Made by a program: the position numbers and the translations under genes. Below, one piece after another: positions 50,316 to 59,502 of a stretch of DNA of 64,000 bases. Under the pieces are notes generated by a model, which had not been told where the DNA came from, ran no database searches, and saw nothing but the letters and a program-made list of their open reading frames with translations. The stretch's first letter is position 1. The number at the start of each line of letters is the position of its first letter. Origin of the DNA: Shigella phage ESh20; sequence record ON528730; one strand, written 5' to 3'.

Positions 50316-50392
50316 TTGGAGGCGGGTGTAGGAGTCGAACCTACCGATAACATGCTAATGAGACATGTGAGACACCCTTTCTCTATACCCGC
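50316..50392 (-). tRNA. tRNA with CAT anticodon and unpaired position 1:72 (initiator-like or Ile2-like)
   Basis: T-arm GTAGG-TTCGACT-CCTAC, anticodon loop CTCATTA closed by T:G pair, U1:C72 mismatch. Confidence 0.5.
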
Positions 50393-50479
50393 AATTCTTA
50401 ATGACCAGACCAAATCTTTTTTGGATTTCTATGCGCGAAATTGAAAAGTTTGTTTGCTGTAATTGGTCTTCTGTCAAAA

Positions 50480-50557
50480 CTGGCATTCCCGAAGGGACTT
50501 GAACCCTCAAACCACACCTTGAAAGGGTGTTGACTTTACCTAATTTGTCTACGGGAA
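50480..50557 (-). tRNA. tRNA-Glu (anticodon TTC)
   Basis: Perfect acceptor CGGGAAT/ATTCCCG, T-loop TTCAAGT, anticodon arm ACACC-CTTTCAA-GGTGT. Confidence 0.7.
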
Positions 50558-50563
50558 TATAAT

Positions 50564-50643
50564 TTGGTCTCCGTTGAAGGATTTGAACCTTCGACCCCTT
50601 GCTCCCAAAGCAAGTGCTGCTAAACCAAACTGAGCTAAACGGA
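50564..50643 (-). tRNA. tRNA-Pro (anticodon TGG)
   Basis: Perfect acceptor, T-arm GAAGG-TTCAAAT-CCTTC, anticodon arm CTTGC-TTTGGGA-GCAAG. Confidence 0.7.
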
Positions 50644-50775
50644 GATAATCTTTTTAACAACCTATGTAACAACTATAACACTATTTTTTAGTGTCTGTCA
50701 AGAGGTTTTTTAAAATAATTTGATTTATTTCAGAAAACTTCTTTTTCGTTTCTATGTAGAACATATTAAAGGGTA

Positions 50776-50806
50776 TTAAACACTTTGTCAATACCCTTTT
50801 TAAAAC
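50776..50806. terminator. Hairpin between vWA gene and tRNA array
   Basis: AAGGGTATT-aaacactttgtca-AATACCCTT followed by TTT. Confidence 0.4.
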
Positions 50807-50809
50807 TTT

Positions 50810-52225
50810 TTACCAATCGTAGCGTTCAATAATTACTGCTTTGAGCATTACGCTGATAGGGTCAAACTTCTCACCACCAAGCAAAGCTTTTAAAGTGGCT
50901 GGAGAGAAACCAGATACCATCGCTACACCGTTATCCTTTACAGACACTTCGCAAGTACCGTTACGGTTTGCTAAGTACCAGAATACCAGTTGTGGCATCT
51001 CATATCCAGCTTTCTTGTACTTTTCTTGAATTGCTTCAAAGTTAGTACGACCATCTGCTCCATCAACCTGATTAAACTGCATATCAGAGAAGATGATAAG
51101 CTTACTAGGCATCTCTTTCTGAGTCAAGTTGTTTTTAACACCAGTCTCAAGGATTCTTGCAAAAGCAGCTTGTAGGTCAGTTGAACCATACTCTACATGA
51201 CTCTTCACTTGACGTAAGCGAGTCTGTAAATCACCACTCAATGTGATGAAGTGAGGTCTGCTAGAGTAAACCATCAATTCATCTTTAAAGCAACCTGTAT
51301 TACGTTCTGAAACGTACAGGGCTAAAGATACACCAATGTCTAGCGCTGTAACAGAACCATGTCGCTCCCAAGTCATAGATGAAGATACATCTGCCATGCA
51401 CAGAATGTTCTCACCCTCTTTCATCCAGTTTGGTAAAGCTTTCCACTGCTCATTTGCAACGGTTGCATTACCATAACCGACTGACTTTGTAATGTCATAA
51501 GGGTAGACTGCACCAGCATTAATCTTTGTCTCACCTTTAGTCAGTGCTGCAATGTATGCTGCATAACGCTCACCATCTTTACGACTGAAGAGTTTTTGAT
51601 AACGTGCAGCAGCCAGTGAAGGAAGCTTGCTGTAATCAATCTCTCCGAACTCATTTGCTGAAATCTTTTGTTCAACAGTATCAGACAGTGCTGACAGAAG
51701 AACTCGATACTGCTTCTCTGAAAGATTTGCAAACTTACAGAAACGACGAACAAAACGCATGTGTCGTGATTTTACTCGTGGTAACCATTTTGCTGCCAGA
51801 GCCGATGTTGCAGGGTCTAACAGTGCAGCTTCTAAATGCTTGAAAGCATCTGTTTCGTAACGTGTACCAACAAAGATTTTAAAGTCGTCATAACGACCTA
51901 AATCAGAAATCTTGTCCATGATACGTAACACTTGGAACTCATCAAGAATCCCGTCAGAGATTGCTTTAGTAAGAGTATAACGGAACGCTTTACGCTCACC
52001 CATACCTTCTCGTGCATCTCGCATATGTAACAGGATTCGAACTGCTACATCAATATCTTCTCGCATTGCCTTGTAAAACAAGTTTGGAAGAACTTCTACG
52101 TTTGTTCTGCTTGAACCAGCAGCTTTGTAGAAATCTACCAGTGCAGACATTGAAGAGGTGTGGTTAACAGCACCGTTTTCAGTTAAACCTGCATGTAAAT
52201 GCGAGTGTTTAAATAATTCGCTCAT
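50810..52225 (-). CDS. vWA-domain protein with N-terminal domain of unknown function
   Basis: MIDAS-like DxSxS motif in ILCMADVSSSMTWERHG at about residue 279; 471 aa; adjacent to tRNA array. Confidence 0.55.
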   Translation of the reverse strand: MSELFKHSHLHAGLTENGAVNHTSSMSALVDFYKAAGSSRTNVEVLPNLFYKAMREDIDVAVRILLHMRDAREGMGERKAFRYTLTKAISDGILDEFQVLRIMDKISDLGRYDDFKIFVGTRYETDAFKHLEAALLDPATSALAAKWLPRVKSRHMRFVRRFCKFANLSEKQYRVLLSALSDTVEQKISANEFGEIDYSKLPSLAAARYQKLFSRKDGERYAAYIAALTKGETKINAGAVYPYDITKSVGYGNATVANEQWKALPNWMKEGENILCMADVSSSMTWERHGSVTALDIGVSLALYVSERNTGCFKDELMVYSSRPHFITLSGDLQTRLRQVKSHVEYGSTDLQAAFARILETGVKNNLTQKEMPSKLIIFSDMQFNQVDGADGRTNFEAIQEKYKKAGYEMPQLVFWYLANRNGTCEVSVKDNGVAMVSGFSPATLKALLGGEKFDPISVMLKAVIIERYDW

Positions 52226-52301
52226 ATTAATTCTCTCTCGTTAGAATGTTTTGGTGAGACAGACTCTAGCGTTTAATTTAGAACCTGTCAACACCTTTTT
52301 A

Positions 52302-52673
52302 TTATTTTTTCAGAGTTGCTACAGCAGAGAACGTTGGTTTGTTCTCCTGTGCTCCCTGCCCTCCATTTTCAGAAGGTTTTTTACTATCTGCTGCAATTGC
52401 TTTCATCTCACCTGCTGAGTGAGTCATGATGGTTTTACCAGCTTCCATCATGGACTTTAAGTTTACATCTTCAGCCTTTAATCCGAACTCTGCAAGCTTG
52501 TCAGCATTACGTGTGACAATGGCCTCAAACAGCTTTGCAGCATACTCTGCTGAGTTATCAATAGTCAACTGTGCCTTGACCAGTGAACTCTTGTTACGTG
52601 AGCCTTTGGGTCTACCTGATGGGTTACCAGATTGACCTTTCTTGAATTGGCCTTTGTTTGTTCGTTTCGTCAT
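52302..52673 (-). CDS. Small basic protein with GNPSGRPKG motif (possible DNA-binding or terminase small subunit-like)
   Basis: N-terminal KGQSGNPSGRPKGSRNK; function not verified. Confidence 0.3.
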   Translation of the reverse strand: MTKRTNKGQFKKGQSGNPSGRPKGSRNKSSLVKAQLTIDNSAEYAAKLFEAIVTRNADKLAEFGLKAEDVNLKSMMEAGKTIMTHSAGEMKAIAADSKKPSENGGQGAQENKPTFSAVATLKK

Positions 52674-52920
52674 TCTTCACCTCTTTTAAGACCTCTTAAA
52701 AGGCTTTTAAGATAAGAGATAGATATCCAGAAAGATATCTGTTTAAATAGCCTTTTTAGAAGAGTCTTTTAAGTAATCTTCTAAGTATTTATTAGGCTAC
52801 ACGTTGTCAAGAGGAATGTCAAGTAAATTTTTTAGTTGCAATACTTCTTGACTTGTTGTATGGATTACTGTACCATCTTACTAAAGCTGTAGGTCTGCCT
52901 TTATCTACAAAGGAGACTTA

Positions 52921-53082
52921 ATGAGAAACAATTCAAAATTGAAGACAGGTAATAATACCAATCACTGTAAGGAATCAAAGCGGGTAGAATTACTCTATTA
53001 CAAATCCTCTGAAATTGGTTTGTACCTATACTTTCAAAATTATAGACGACAAGAGGATTATTTATGTGTAGCTCCCAACTAG
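52921..53082 (+). CDS. Small ORF (53 aa), not in ORF track
   Basis: AAGGAG RBS 5 nt upstream of ATG 52921; overlaps next gene by 19 nt. Confidence 0.25.
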   Translation: MRNNSKLKTGNNTNHCKESKRVELLYYKSSEIGLYLYFQNYRRQEDYLCVAPN

Positions 53083-53297
53083 AAATCACAGATATTATTG
53101 ATTTATACCAAACTGCAAAGAGTCATGGGTATATCACTTCAATTGGAAAGAATAAGCACTATGATGCACTAACTGGTATGTATTTCAGAGCAATAGCTCA
53201 ATCTAGTGAACAGGTTCTAATGGTTTCTTCCAGTGAATTTGCTTCATTTCTCTATTGCAGCAAGATTATCAATCGTAGGAGAACTGATAAATGCTAA
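53064..53297 (+). CDS. Hypothetical protein (77 aa)
   Basis: ORF track; RBS AAGAGGA upstream. Confidence 0.45.
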   Translation: MCSSQLEITDIIDLYQTAKSHGYITSIGKNKHYDALTGMYFRAIAQSSEQVLMVSSSEFASFLYCSKIINRRRTDKC

Positions 53298-53881
53298 ACG
53301 TGAGTTTTAATTATAATGGTGACGGGTCTGTATCAATCACTTCACCATATTCTGATGACCTTCTTAAAGAGTTGGTTAATCAATGTGAAAGAGGTATGCA
53401 CTATGTACCTAATTCATTTAAACAGAAAACAATTGCAAATAACTTGATGCGTGTTACTGTTCAGTCAATGAACCCAGATTATAACATTGATGGTGAAAGC
53501 CCATACTCACTTATGGCTTTAGGTGCTAATAGTGAATTTAAACTGGTGTGTCATGATTCAGAAACATTCTTCAAAGTATTCTCAAATCTTATCCACAATG
53601 CTAAATACAGTTATGTAGCTGGTTCAACATCATTCTCTCCAGCAAACTACACATGTGTTGTGATTGATAACCTCAGAGAGTCTGAAGATACTTCCACAGA
53701 GATTTCTTTCGATGTGAACACCTCTCCAGAGTCCACTCCAAGTAATGACTTCGACATGAACTATGCGTTATCTCTGAGTAAGAAATCTGATTTCATTGAG
53801 TACGTCAATGGATTTGGATTTAAGTTGGATGAGACAATGAATCTCAAAAAACTTAAAAACATGCTTAAGACTATGGCTTAA
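53291..53881 (+). CDS. Hypothetical protein (196 aa)
   Basis: ORF track. Confidence 0.5.
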   Translation: MLNVSFNYNGDGSVSITSPYSDDLLKELVNQCERGMHYVPNSFKQKTIANNLMRVTVQSMNPDYNIDGESPYSLMALGANSEFKLVCHDSETFFKVFSNLIHNAKYSYVAGSTSFSPANYTCVVIDNLRESEDTSTEISFDVNTSPESTPSNDFDMNYALSLSKKSDFIEYVNGFGFKLDETMNLKKLKNMLKTMA

Positions 53882-53888
53882 GTTTTAT

Positions 53889-53910
53889 GGGGCGAAAGCC
53901 CCTTTTATTT
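53889..53910 (+). terminator. Rho-independent terminator
   Basis: GGGGC-gaaa-GCCCC followed by TTTTATTT. Confidence 0.65.
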
Positions 53911-53924
53911 GTTAAGGATAGATA

Positions 53925-54293
53925 ATGAAAGCAAAGAGTGGAAAAGACTTTTATTGCTTCCTGCAATCTTATGTCCAAAGTGTTCAAGAAGGTGACAGGT
54001 ATAATCTTGATGATGTACTTCCGACACCCTTAACATGGCGTGATAGTAAATGGCCTGAAAAGGATATCAACCCTACCGAAACATATTTCGAATACACACC
54101 TAAAATCCCTCTACCAGATACTGAAGAACTTCTTTACCCGATGTTTCATATCGTTGGTCTTGGTACATTTTTGATGGATATTCAATATGTGATGGGTAAA
54201 GGCTATAAGATTGACGGAGTTGTTGTAGGTGACGTTTCACCGCAACACAAAGGTTATTTTAGACTAAACGCAAGATTAGAGGCTAAGAAATGA
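53925..54293 (+). CDS. Hypothetical protein, paralogous to N-terminal domain of next gene
   Basis: Shares the blocks EELLY and FFMDLQYA / FLMDIQYV with the first 120 aa of the 54290..55174 product. Confidence 0.5.
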   Translation: MKAKSGKDFYCFLQSYVQSVQEGDRYNLDDVLPTPLTWRDSKWPEKDINPTETYFEYTPKIPLPDTEELLYPMFHIVGLGTFLMDIQYVMGKGYKIDGVVVGDVSPQHKGYFRLNARLEAKK

Positions 54294-55174
54294 TTAAAGC
54301 AAAGACATATCCAGATTTTAAAGAGTTCGTTAAAAACTTTGTAGCGAATGTTAAAGCTGGCAAAAGATACGACTTCAGAAAGTATCAAGAGGCCGTTCTG
54401 CCTCTGACATATAGCTCACCGTGGCCTGAGTCTGATATTCCAGAAGTTACTGACTTCAATTACACACCAGACTACACAGTTCCATTTAGTGAAGAACTTT
54501 TATATTCAGTTGGTGCTCAGATGAGGACTGCTGACTTCTTCATGGACTTGCAGTATGCAATCATCAATGGGAAGGATGTTGACACAGTTTATTGTGAATG
54601 GTTGGCAAGGGTTAAACCTTTCTCCATGCTTAATGCAAAGTTGAAGGATGCAATCACACCTCCAGTTATTACACAGCAGCCAACTGACCAAACTGTTAAC
54701 GAGGGTGGAACACTTACACTTTCAGTTGTTGCTACTGGTGCAACTGGTTATCAGTGGAAGAAAGGTGCATCAAACATCTCTGGAGCAACCTCTGCAACAT
54801 ATACTAAGAATGGCGTAGTCCCTACTGATGCTGGCGCATACACCTGTGTAGTTTCTGGTGAAGGTGGCTCAAGTGTTAATTCCAACGCTGCCACAGTAAC
54901 TGTGAATGCACTGCCTGTGATTACACAGCAACCTACTAACCAAGAGATTACAGAGGGAGATACACTCACCCTTAGCATCGTAGCCACTGGTGCAACTGGT
55001 TATCAGTGGAAGAAAGATGATGTAGATATCCCTTCAGCAACATCTGCAACATATGAAAAGACACCGACTTCTAAAGCTGATGATGAAGGTACTTACTCTT
55101 GTGTTGTAACTGGTGTAGGTGGCTCAATCACATCCCAATCTGCCAAGGTGGTTATTAACGCAGTAGGAGGTTGA
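54290..55174 (+). CDS. Protein with two tandem Ig-like domains
   Basis: Two about 85-aa repeats each with ITQQPT...TLTLS..ATGATGYQWKK...GATSATY...Y.CVV.G.GGS. Confidence 0.6.
   Translation: MIKAKTYPDFKEFVKNFVANVKAGKRYDFRKYQEAVLPLTYSSPWPESDIPEVTDFNYTPDYTVPFSEELLYSVGAQMRTADFFMDLQYAIINGKDVDTVYCEWLARVKPFSMLNAKLKDAITPPVITQQPTDQTVNEGGTLTLSVVATGATGYQWKKGASNISGATSATYTKNGVVPTDAGAYTCVVSGEGGSSVNSNAATVTVNALPVITQQPTNQEITEGDTLTLSIVATGATGYQWKKDDVDIPSATSATYEKTPTSKADDEGTYSCVVTGVGGSITSQSAKVVINAVGG
54650..55160. repeat. Tandem duplication (about 255 bp x2) encoding the Ig-like domains
   Basis: Identical 31-mer ACTGGTGCAACTGGTTATCAGTGGAAGAAAG in both copies; approximate boundaries. Confidence 0.55.
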
Positions 55175-55641
55175 TAATGCAACTCTCAAGTAAAGGCTTA
55201 GAAGCCATTAAGTTCTTTGAAGGGCTTCGTTTAGAAGCCTATAAAGACTCTGCTGGAATCCCTACAATTGGTTATGGAACAATCCGTATCAACGGAAAAC
55301 CTGTAACAATGGGGATGAAGATTACTGCTGAACAAGCTGTTCAATATCTCCTTGCAGATGTTGAAAACTATGTAGGTGCAGTAAACAAAGCAATCAAGGT
55401 TCCAACTACACAGAACGAATTTGATGCACTTGTTGTAGAGACTTACAACATCGGTATCAATGCTATGCAGGATTCAACTTTTATCAAGCGTCACAATGCT
55501 GGTAACAAAGCTGGTTGCGCAGAAGCTATGCAGTGGTGGAACAAGATTACAGTGAATGGTCAAAAAGTAACTTCCAAGGGTCTACAAAATAGGCGTAGTT
55601 TGGAAGCCAAAATTTACCTTGACGCTGTTTATCCAAAATAG
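55171..55641 (+). CDS. Endolysin, T4-type lysozyme (GH24-like)
   Basis: N-terminal KGLEAIKFFEGLRLEAYKDSAGIPTIGYGT with catalytic Glu/Asp/Thr spacing. Confidence 0.85.
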   Translation: MIMQLSSKGLEAIKFFEGLRLEAYKDSAGIPTIGYGTIRINGKPVTMGMKITAEQAVQYLLADVENYVGAVNKAIKVPTTQNEFDALVVETYNIGINAMQDSTFIKRHNAGNKAGCAEAMQWWNKITVNGQKVTSKGLQNRRSLEAKIYLDAVYPK

Positions 55642-55651
55642 TAGATTAAGA

Positions 55652-55677
55652 GGCTCCTTCGGGAGCCTTTTTTATTT
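55652..55677 (+). terminator. Rho-independent terminator
   Basis: GGCTCC-ttcg-GGAGCC followed by TTTTTTATTT. Confidence 0.7.
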
Positions 55678-55679
55678 CT

Positions 55680-56090
55680 ATGGAGAAAACTATGAAGCTT
55701 TGGGCAAATGATAATGGTACTTTCAAGTACACAAGAAGTGGTATGAAGGTTCGTATTGCAGGAACCAAGTTGATTACGATGGGTGACAAGGTGTTCACAA
55801 AGTTTGTTGTTGAGGTCATTGAACGCTCACCTATCACAATGGCTAACAAGGGTTTCTTTGCTGGTGAACTGTACAACGTTGATGACAATGGCATGTTCTC
55901 ACCTTTAGGTGAAAGTTCTCTTGATATTATTTCAGAGCACCCCTTGACAAGAGAGCAGTTATCAGGTTACTATAAATTTCTACTTGAGCAGAAGAAGAAG
56001 TTACACCAGAGTGAGGCTACATACCATAACAATGAGTGTATTAAACTTCTGGATAAAATTGAGAAAGCTGAGAGAGGTTATTATGAATAA
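55680..56090 (+). CDS. Hypothetical protein (136 aa)
   Basis: ORF track. Confidence 0.5.
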   Translation: MEKTMKLWANDNGTFKYTRSGMKVRIAGTKLITMGDKVFTKFVVEVIERSPITMANKGFFAGELYNVDDNGMFSPLGESSLDIISEHPLTREQLSGYYKFLLEQKKKLHQSEATYHNNECIKLLDKIEKAERGYYE

Positions 56091-56466
56091 AGAGATTCAA
56101 GTCAAAGTTGACACTTCGCGTCATGGTGTTCAAGATTTGGAATTAGTTGATGCTTCCATCTATGAACGTGATGGGGAGCTTTTCCTTCATTTTACAAAGG
56201 CTGATAATGAGCTTATCCGTGTACGTGATGATGAAGATGGTTGCCCTGTTTTTGGTTGGTATGGTGTTGATTTCCCGTTATACGCTTACCACTACCCAGA
56301 TGGTCAGGAAGATTGGACTACACAAGCTATCTTTGATGAACTGAATGGTGTACCTCTGGAAGATGAGGTTACAGAACCAACTCTTCTAACTTTCACCTTC
56401 ATCAAAGAAGAAAAAGTCGGTGATATCTCCGTAACAGAAGCGTTGCAAGTTACACAGGTACTTTGA
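56087..56466 (+). CDS. Hypothetical protein (about 126 aa)
   Basis: ORF track frame; start set to ATG 56087 with RBS AGAGAGG. Confidence 0.45.
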
Positions 56467-56467
56467 T

Positions 56468-56761
56468 ATGAGTAAAGTACAGGTTATCTTTCCGATTAAT
56501 GACTTTAGCTATGAAGCTGAGTTTGACCTGTACGAAGAACTCACTGATGATGTTATCTGGAGCGTGGTATCAAAGGCCATTAAGAAACTCTATGGTGGCC
56601 TTTTAAACCCTAATAACCCAAAAGTGTCAACAAAGCAAGTTTCCGAGCCATACACAAGCTATGATGCTGAAAAGAGTAAGTTCGAAATTACTTGCTATGA
56701 CCTTCTGGTATCTGATAACAAAATCAACTACTTCTTCGTCAGAGAATATGCAGATGCTTAA
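56468..56761 (+). CDS. Hypothetical protein (97 aa)
   Basis: ORF track. Confidence 0.5.
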   Translation: MSKVQVIFPINDFSYEAEFDLYEELTDDVIWSVVSKAIKKLYGGLLNPNNPKVSTKQVSEPYTSYDAEKSKFEITCYDLLVSDNKINYFFVREYADA

Positions 56762-57098
56762 GCTCCACATCGTTGTTTATAAGAATTTTGCAGATATACA
56801 AGAAGCCCTGTCATCAAGGCTGGACAAATGTCAGCAAAGACTATTTCTGATGTTTGATATGCTTGACTATAAACAACCTGATAAGCTTGTGTATAAAGAT
56901 GGTACAGTAATCTTTAAAAGTGAAGAGTCAGTGACCATCTTTGTTAAGCATGATATGCCAGCTAAAAATATAGGGATGCTTGAGTTCTACATCTACCAAT
57001 CCACAGGTATGCGTGGTGAGAGCATCAAAATAGATTCTATTGAGGTCTTTGAAAAACCGAAGACACCACTTAAAAAGTATTTAGTGAGGAAGTTATAG
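56754..57098 (+). CDS. Hypothetical protein (about 114 aa)
   Basis: ORF track frame; start trimmed to ATG near upstream stop. Confidence 0.4.
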   Translation: MLKLHIVVYKNFADIQEALSSRLDKCQQRLFLMFDMLDYKQPDKLVYKDGTVIFKSEESVTIFVKHDMPAKNIGMLEFYIYQSTGMRGESIKIDSIEVFEKPKTPLKKYLVRKL

Positions 57099-57099
57099 T

Positions 57100-57693
57100 A
57101 TGAGTGTACACATTAAAGAAAAGGGTGGAGTTGATTCTCCACAAGTTGCATTAGTCCAACATTACGGTAATGTTCAGGGTGTGCTTGCTGCGTTCCAGCC
57201 AAACATTAACTCACCAGCAAAAGTTGTCAAATTGACTATGGATGTGAACAATATCTCTGCATGTGTCATTGAAGATGTGCAGTACTTTAAGTTCTCATCT
57301 AAAGAAGTTGATGAAGCACTTCTGAAGTATCGTTTAGACCTTGAGAAAGACATTAACCACCAAGAGGTTGTGAAACTGTTTGGTGACCTACATGATATGC
57401 TTGATAAAGTCCACAAGCGTACATATTACATGAATGGTGGTTCAGTTATCACTACGTACACTTCCCCATTCACTAAAGAGGTCATCTTAACCGATGATGA
57501 GCAGTTCTTTGTTATGACTGCTTCAAGCTCAGATTGGTGGGTGAAGAACACAGGAATGAAGACGATTATTGAAGCTATTCGTCAACACATCCCAAACTTC
57601 AGCCCTTGGAAGGGTGCTTCTGATGACTTCATAGCTATCCTTGAAGATGTTCGAAGCAGAAAAAGTAAATTACTGCCTAGAAAATATACTTGA
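57100..57693 (+). CDS. Hypothetical protein (197 aa)
   Basis: ORF track. Confidence 0.5.
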   Translation: MSVHIKEKGGVDSPQVALVQHYGNVQGVLAAFQPNINSPAKVVKLTMDVNNISACVIEDVQYFKFSSKEVDEALLKYRLDLEKDINHQEVVKLFGDLHDMLDKVHKRTYYMNGGSVITTYTSPFTKEVILTDDEQFFVMTASSSDWWVKNTGMKTIIEAIRQHIPNFSPWKGASDDFIAILEDVRSRKSKLLPRKYT

Positions 57694-57719
57694 CAGTAAT
57701 ATCTAGAATTTTGTATGAT
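57690..57719 (+). promoter_or_regulatory. Sigma70-like promoter
   Basis: TTGACA (57690-57695), 18-nt spacer, TATGAT (57714-57719), upstream of gene at 57764. Confidence 0.5.
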
Positions 57720-57763
57720 GGGAGCTATCGAAAGGTGGTTCCCTTTTTTATTGGAGAGATAAA

Positions 57764-58504
57764 ATGGTTAAAGTTAAAGAGACAGACACAATTTACATTT
57801 ATGTAAAGGCTTCACCAGCCCAAAGAACTAAGGCATTTGTTACGTATGTGTCTGATAGCGGGGTTGTGTACTTCCGACCTATGAAGACATTACATTTCAA
57901 GATTTATCCAGCAACATCACTTGGTCCAGAAGCACACTTATGGGCTGGTAAAGTCTATTCGACCACTGATATTGAAAACTTAACCTTCACAGGAAGCTTC
58001 AGAAAGCTTCTGGGTATTTCTTTACAAGATACTGTGGTAGGGGATGAAGAAGAAACTGAAAAGGCAACTTTTGAGGCAACTCCGACTCTGAAGAAAGAGG
58101 CAACTCCAAAGGTTAGAACGATTGATGTTACTATAGAGGCTCCTACACACAGACTTGCAGATGTACCTGAGCAAGAGTCTCGATACCAAACTAAAGAAGA
58201 TGGTCATCAAACTCTGGTTGTAGATAACGTCAGAGATTACTTCAAGTATTTCTGTGATGCAAATCCACATAGTCATGCTTGGACTACACCACAAAAGAAA
58301 TTTAACTCCATGTTGACCAGCGCTTGTGAAGATGCTAAAAAGAATGTGGAAGAGTTAAAAGAAGCAATCAGTGTCACAGACCATGTGGTTAATAAGAATG
58401 ACATTGAGTACACAGTAAGAATGATGTTAAAAGCTGGTTTCACACCTTATCAGATTGCTGAAGAGATTCAAAGGCAATTCTACAACGCAATGGTGAAAGA
58501 ATGA
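57764..58504 (+). CDS. Hypothetical protein (246 aa)
   Basis: ORF track. Confidence 0.5.
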   Translation: MVKVKETDTIYIYVKASPAQRTKAFVTYVSDSGVVYFRPMKTLHFKIYPATSLGPEAHLWAGKVYSTTDIENLTFTGSFRKLLGISLQDTVVGDEEETEKATFEATPTLKKEATPKVRTIDVTIEAPTHRLADVPEQESRYQTKEDGHQTLVVDNVRDYFKYFCDANPHSHAWTTPQKKFNSMLTSACEDAKKNVEELKEAISVTDHVVNKNDIEYTVRMMLKAGFTPYQIAEEIQRQFYNAMVKE

Positions 58505-58719
58505 AAAAGTTTACAACTCTAGGTGAATACTGGAAGCTCTCTGTTTCTGAGCAGTACAGACGAGCTAAGAAGACTAAACAGTGCTATGGCAAGTTTGCCA
58601 GAGGTGATATTCTGGTATGTACTGAAGAGTCACTTAAGAATGTTACTCCAAGAGGTAAGACATTCCAGAGAATGATTGACAGAGAGTGGAATGCACGATT
58701 AAAGAGGATTGAACAATGA
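58501..58719 (+). CDS. Hypothetical protein (72 aa)
   Basis: ORF track. Confidence 0.45.
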   Translation: MKKFTTLGEYWKLSVSEQYRRAKKTKQCYGKFARGDILVCTEESLKNVTPRGKTFQRMIDREWNARLKRIEQ

Positions 58720-59222
58720 TTTATGAAGATTCAAGAGACCAGATTTCTTATGAGAAGTCAAGACACCATGTATCTTTCAAGATTGTGAAAGCAAACGGTG
58801 AAGAAGGAACTATTTCACACTTCGGAGGTGAAAATTGGTTTGGTACAGGATGCTTTGAAGGTTACAGCAGAGAGTATTTGAAAGCTTTCTACAGAGACTT
58901 CTCAGCAGACTACAATGAACTTATCAATCTTGAAAATAAGCGTAGAAATGCTGAGTATAACACCAGAGGATGGGCAGGTCTAGCAATTATGGTCTCTGTA
59001 GTTCTTGCTATGATTTGTATCATCTCTTTTGGAAGTGTGTACATGCAAGATTTAACCTTTAACCAAGCTGAGAAGAAGATTTCTGAGATTTGGTACTTGT
59101 TTGTACTGCCAATAGTTGGTATCATACTTTCATATTGGAGAATGACGACTTACAAGAAGAAGATTGTAGAGTCTGAGAAGAAGTTTGAAGAGGTAAGTAG
59201 AGAATGCAACCTAAAATTTTAG
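58716..59222 (+). CDS. Membrane protein with two predicted TM helices
   Basis: Hydrophobic segments WAGLAIMVSVVLAMICIISFG and IWYLFVLPIVGIILSYW. Confidence 0.5.
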   Translation: MIYEDSRDQISYEKSRHHVSFKIVKANGEEGTISHFGGENWFGTGCFEGYSREYLKAFYRDFSADYNELINLENKRRNAEYNTRGWAGLAIMVSVVLAMICIISFGSVYMQDLTFNQAEKKISEIWYLFVLPIVGIILSYWRMTTYKKKIVESEKKFEEVSRECNLKF

Positions 59223-59292
59223 TAATTTGTATCCGCTATGCTATTGCGGAAATGATTAACCAGAAAATCTTAAAAGATATCTCGGAGGGTAA

Positions 59293-59502
59293 ATGATTAG
59301 AACACCTGTCAAGCCTTTTGGCTTTAACACTCTGGAAGAGTTCAAAGAGTACCTTGAGAAAGGTTTCTACAACGAACAACCAGTAACAGTGATTAAATCT
59401 GACTTAGCACAGCTTGTTGACATTGCTATTGCAGCAACTGAGCCTAAGAAGAAAGAGAAAAAGGCTTCTTCAAAGAAAGATAAAGAATCTGTTGAAGAGT
59501 AA
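59293..59502 (+). CDS. Hypothetical protein (69 aa), Lys-rich C-terminus
   Basis: ORF track. Confidence 0.45.
   Translation: MIRTPVKPFGFNTLEEFKEYLEKGFYNEQPVTVIKSDLAQLVDIAIAATEPKKKEKKASSKKDKESVEE

Noticed and set aside
47299-50672. Several ORF-track entries within the tRNA array (47299..47559, 47612..47806, 47667..47849, 48053..48349, 49172..49405, 50216..50413, 50355..50672)
   Set aside because: Each overlaps one or more tRNA genes, mostly on the opposite strand, and lacks an RBS; products are low complexity.
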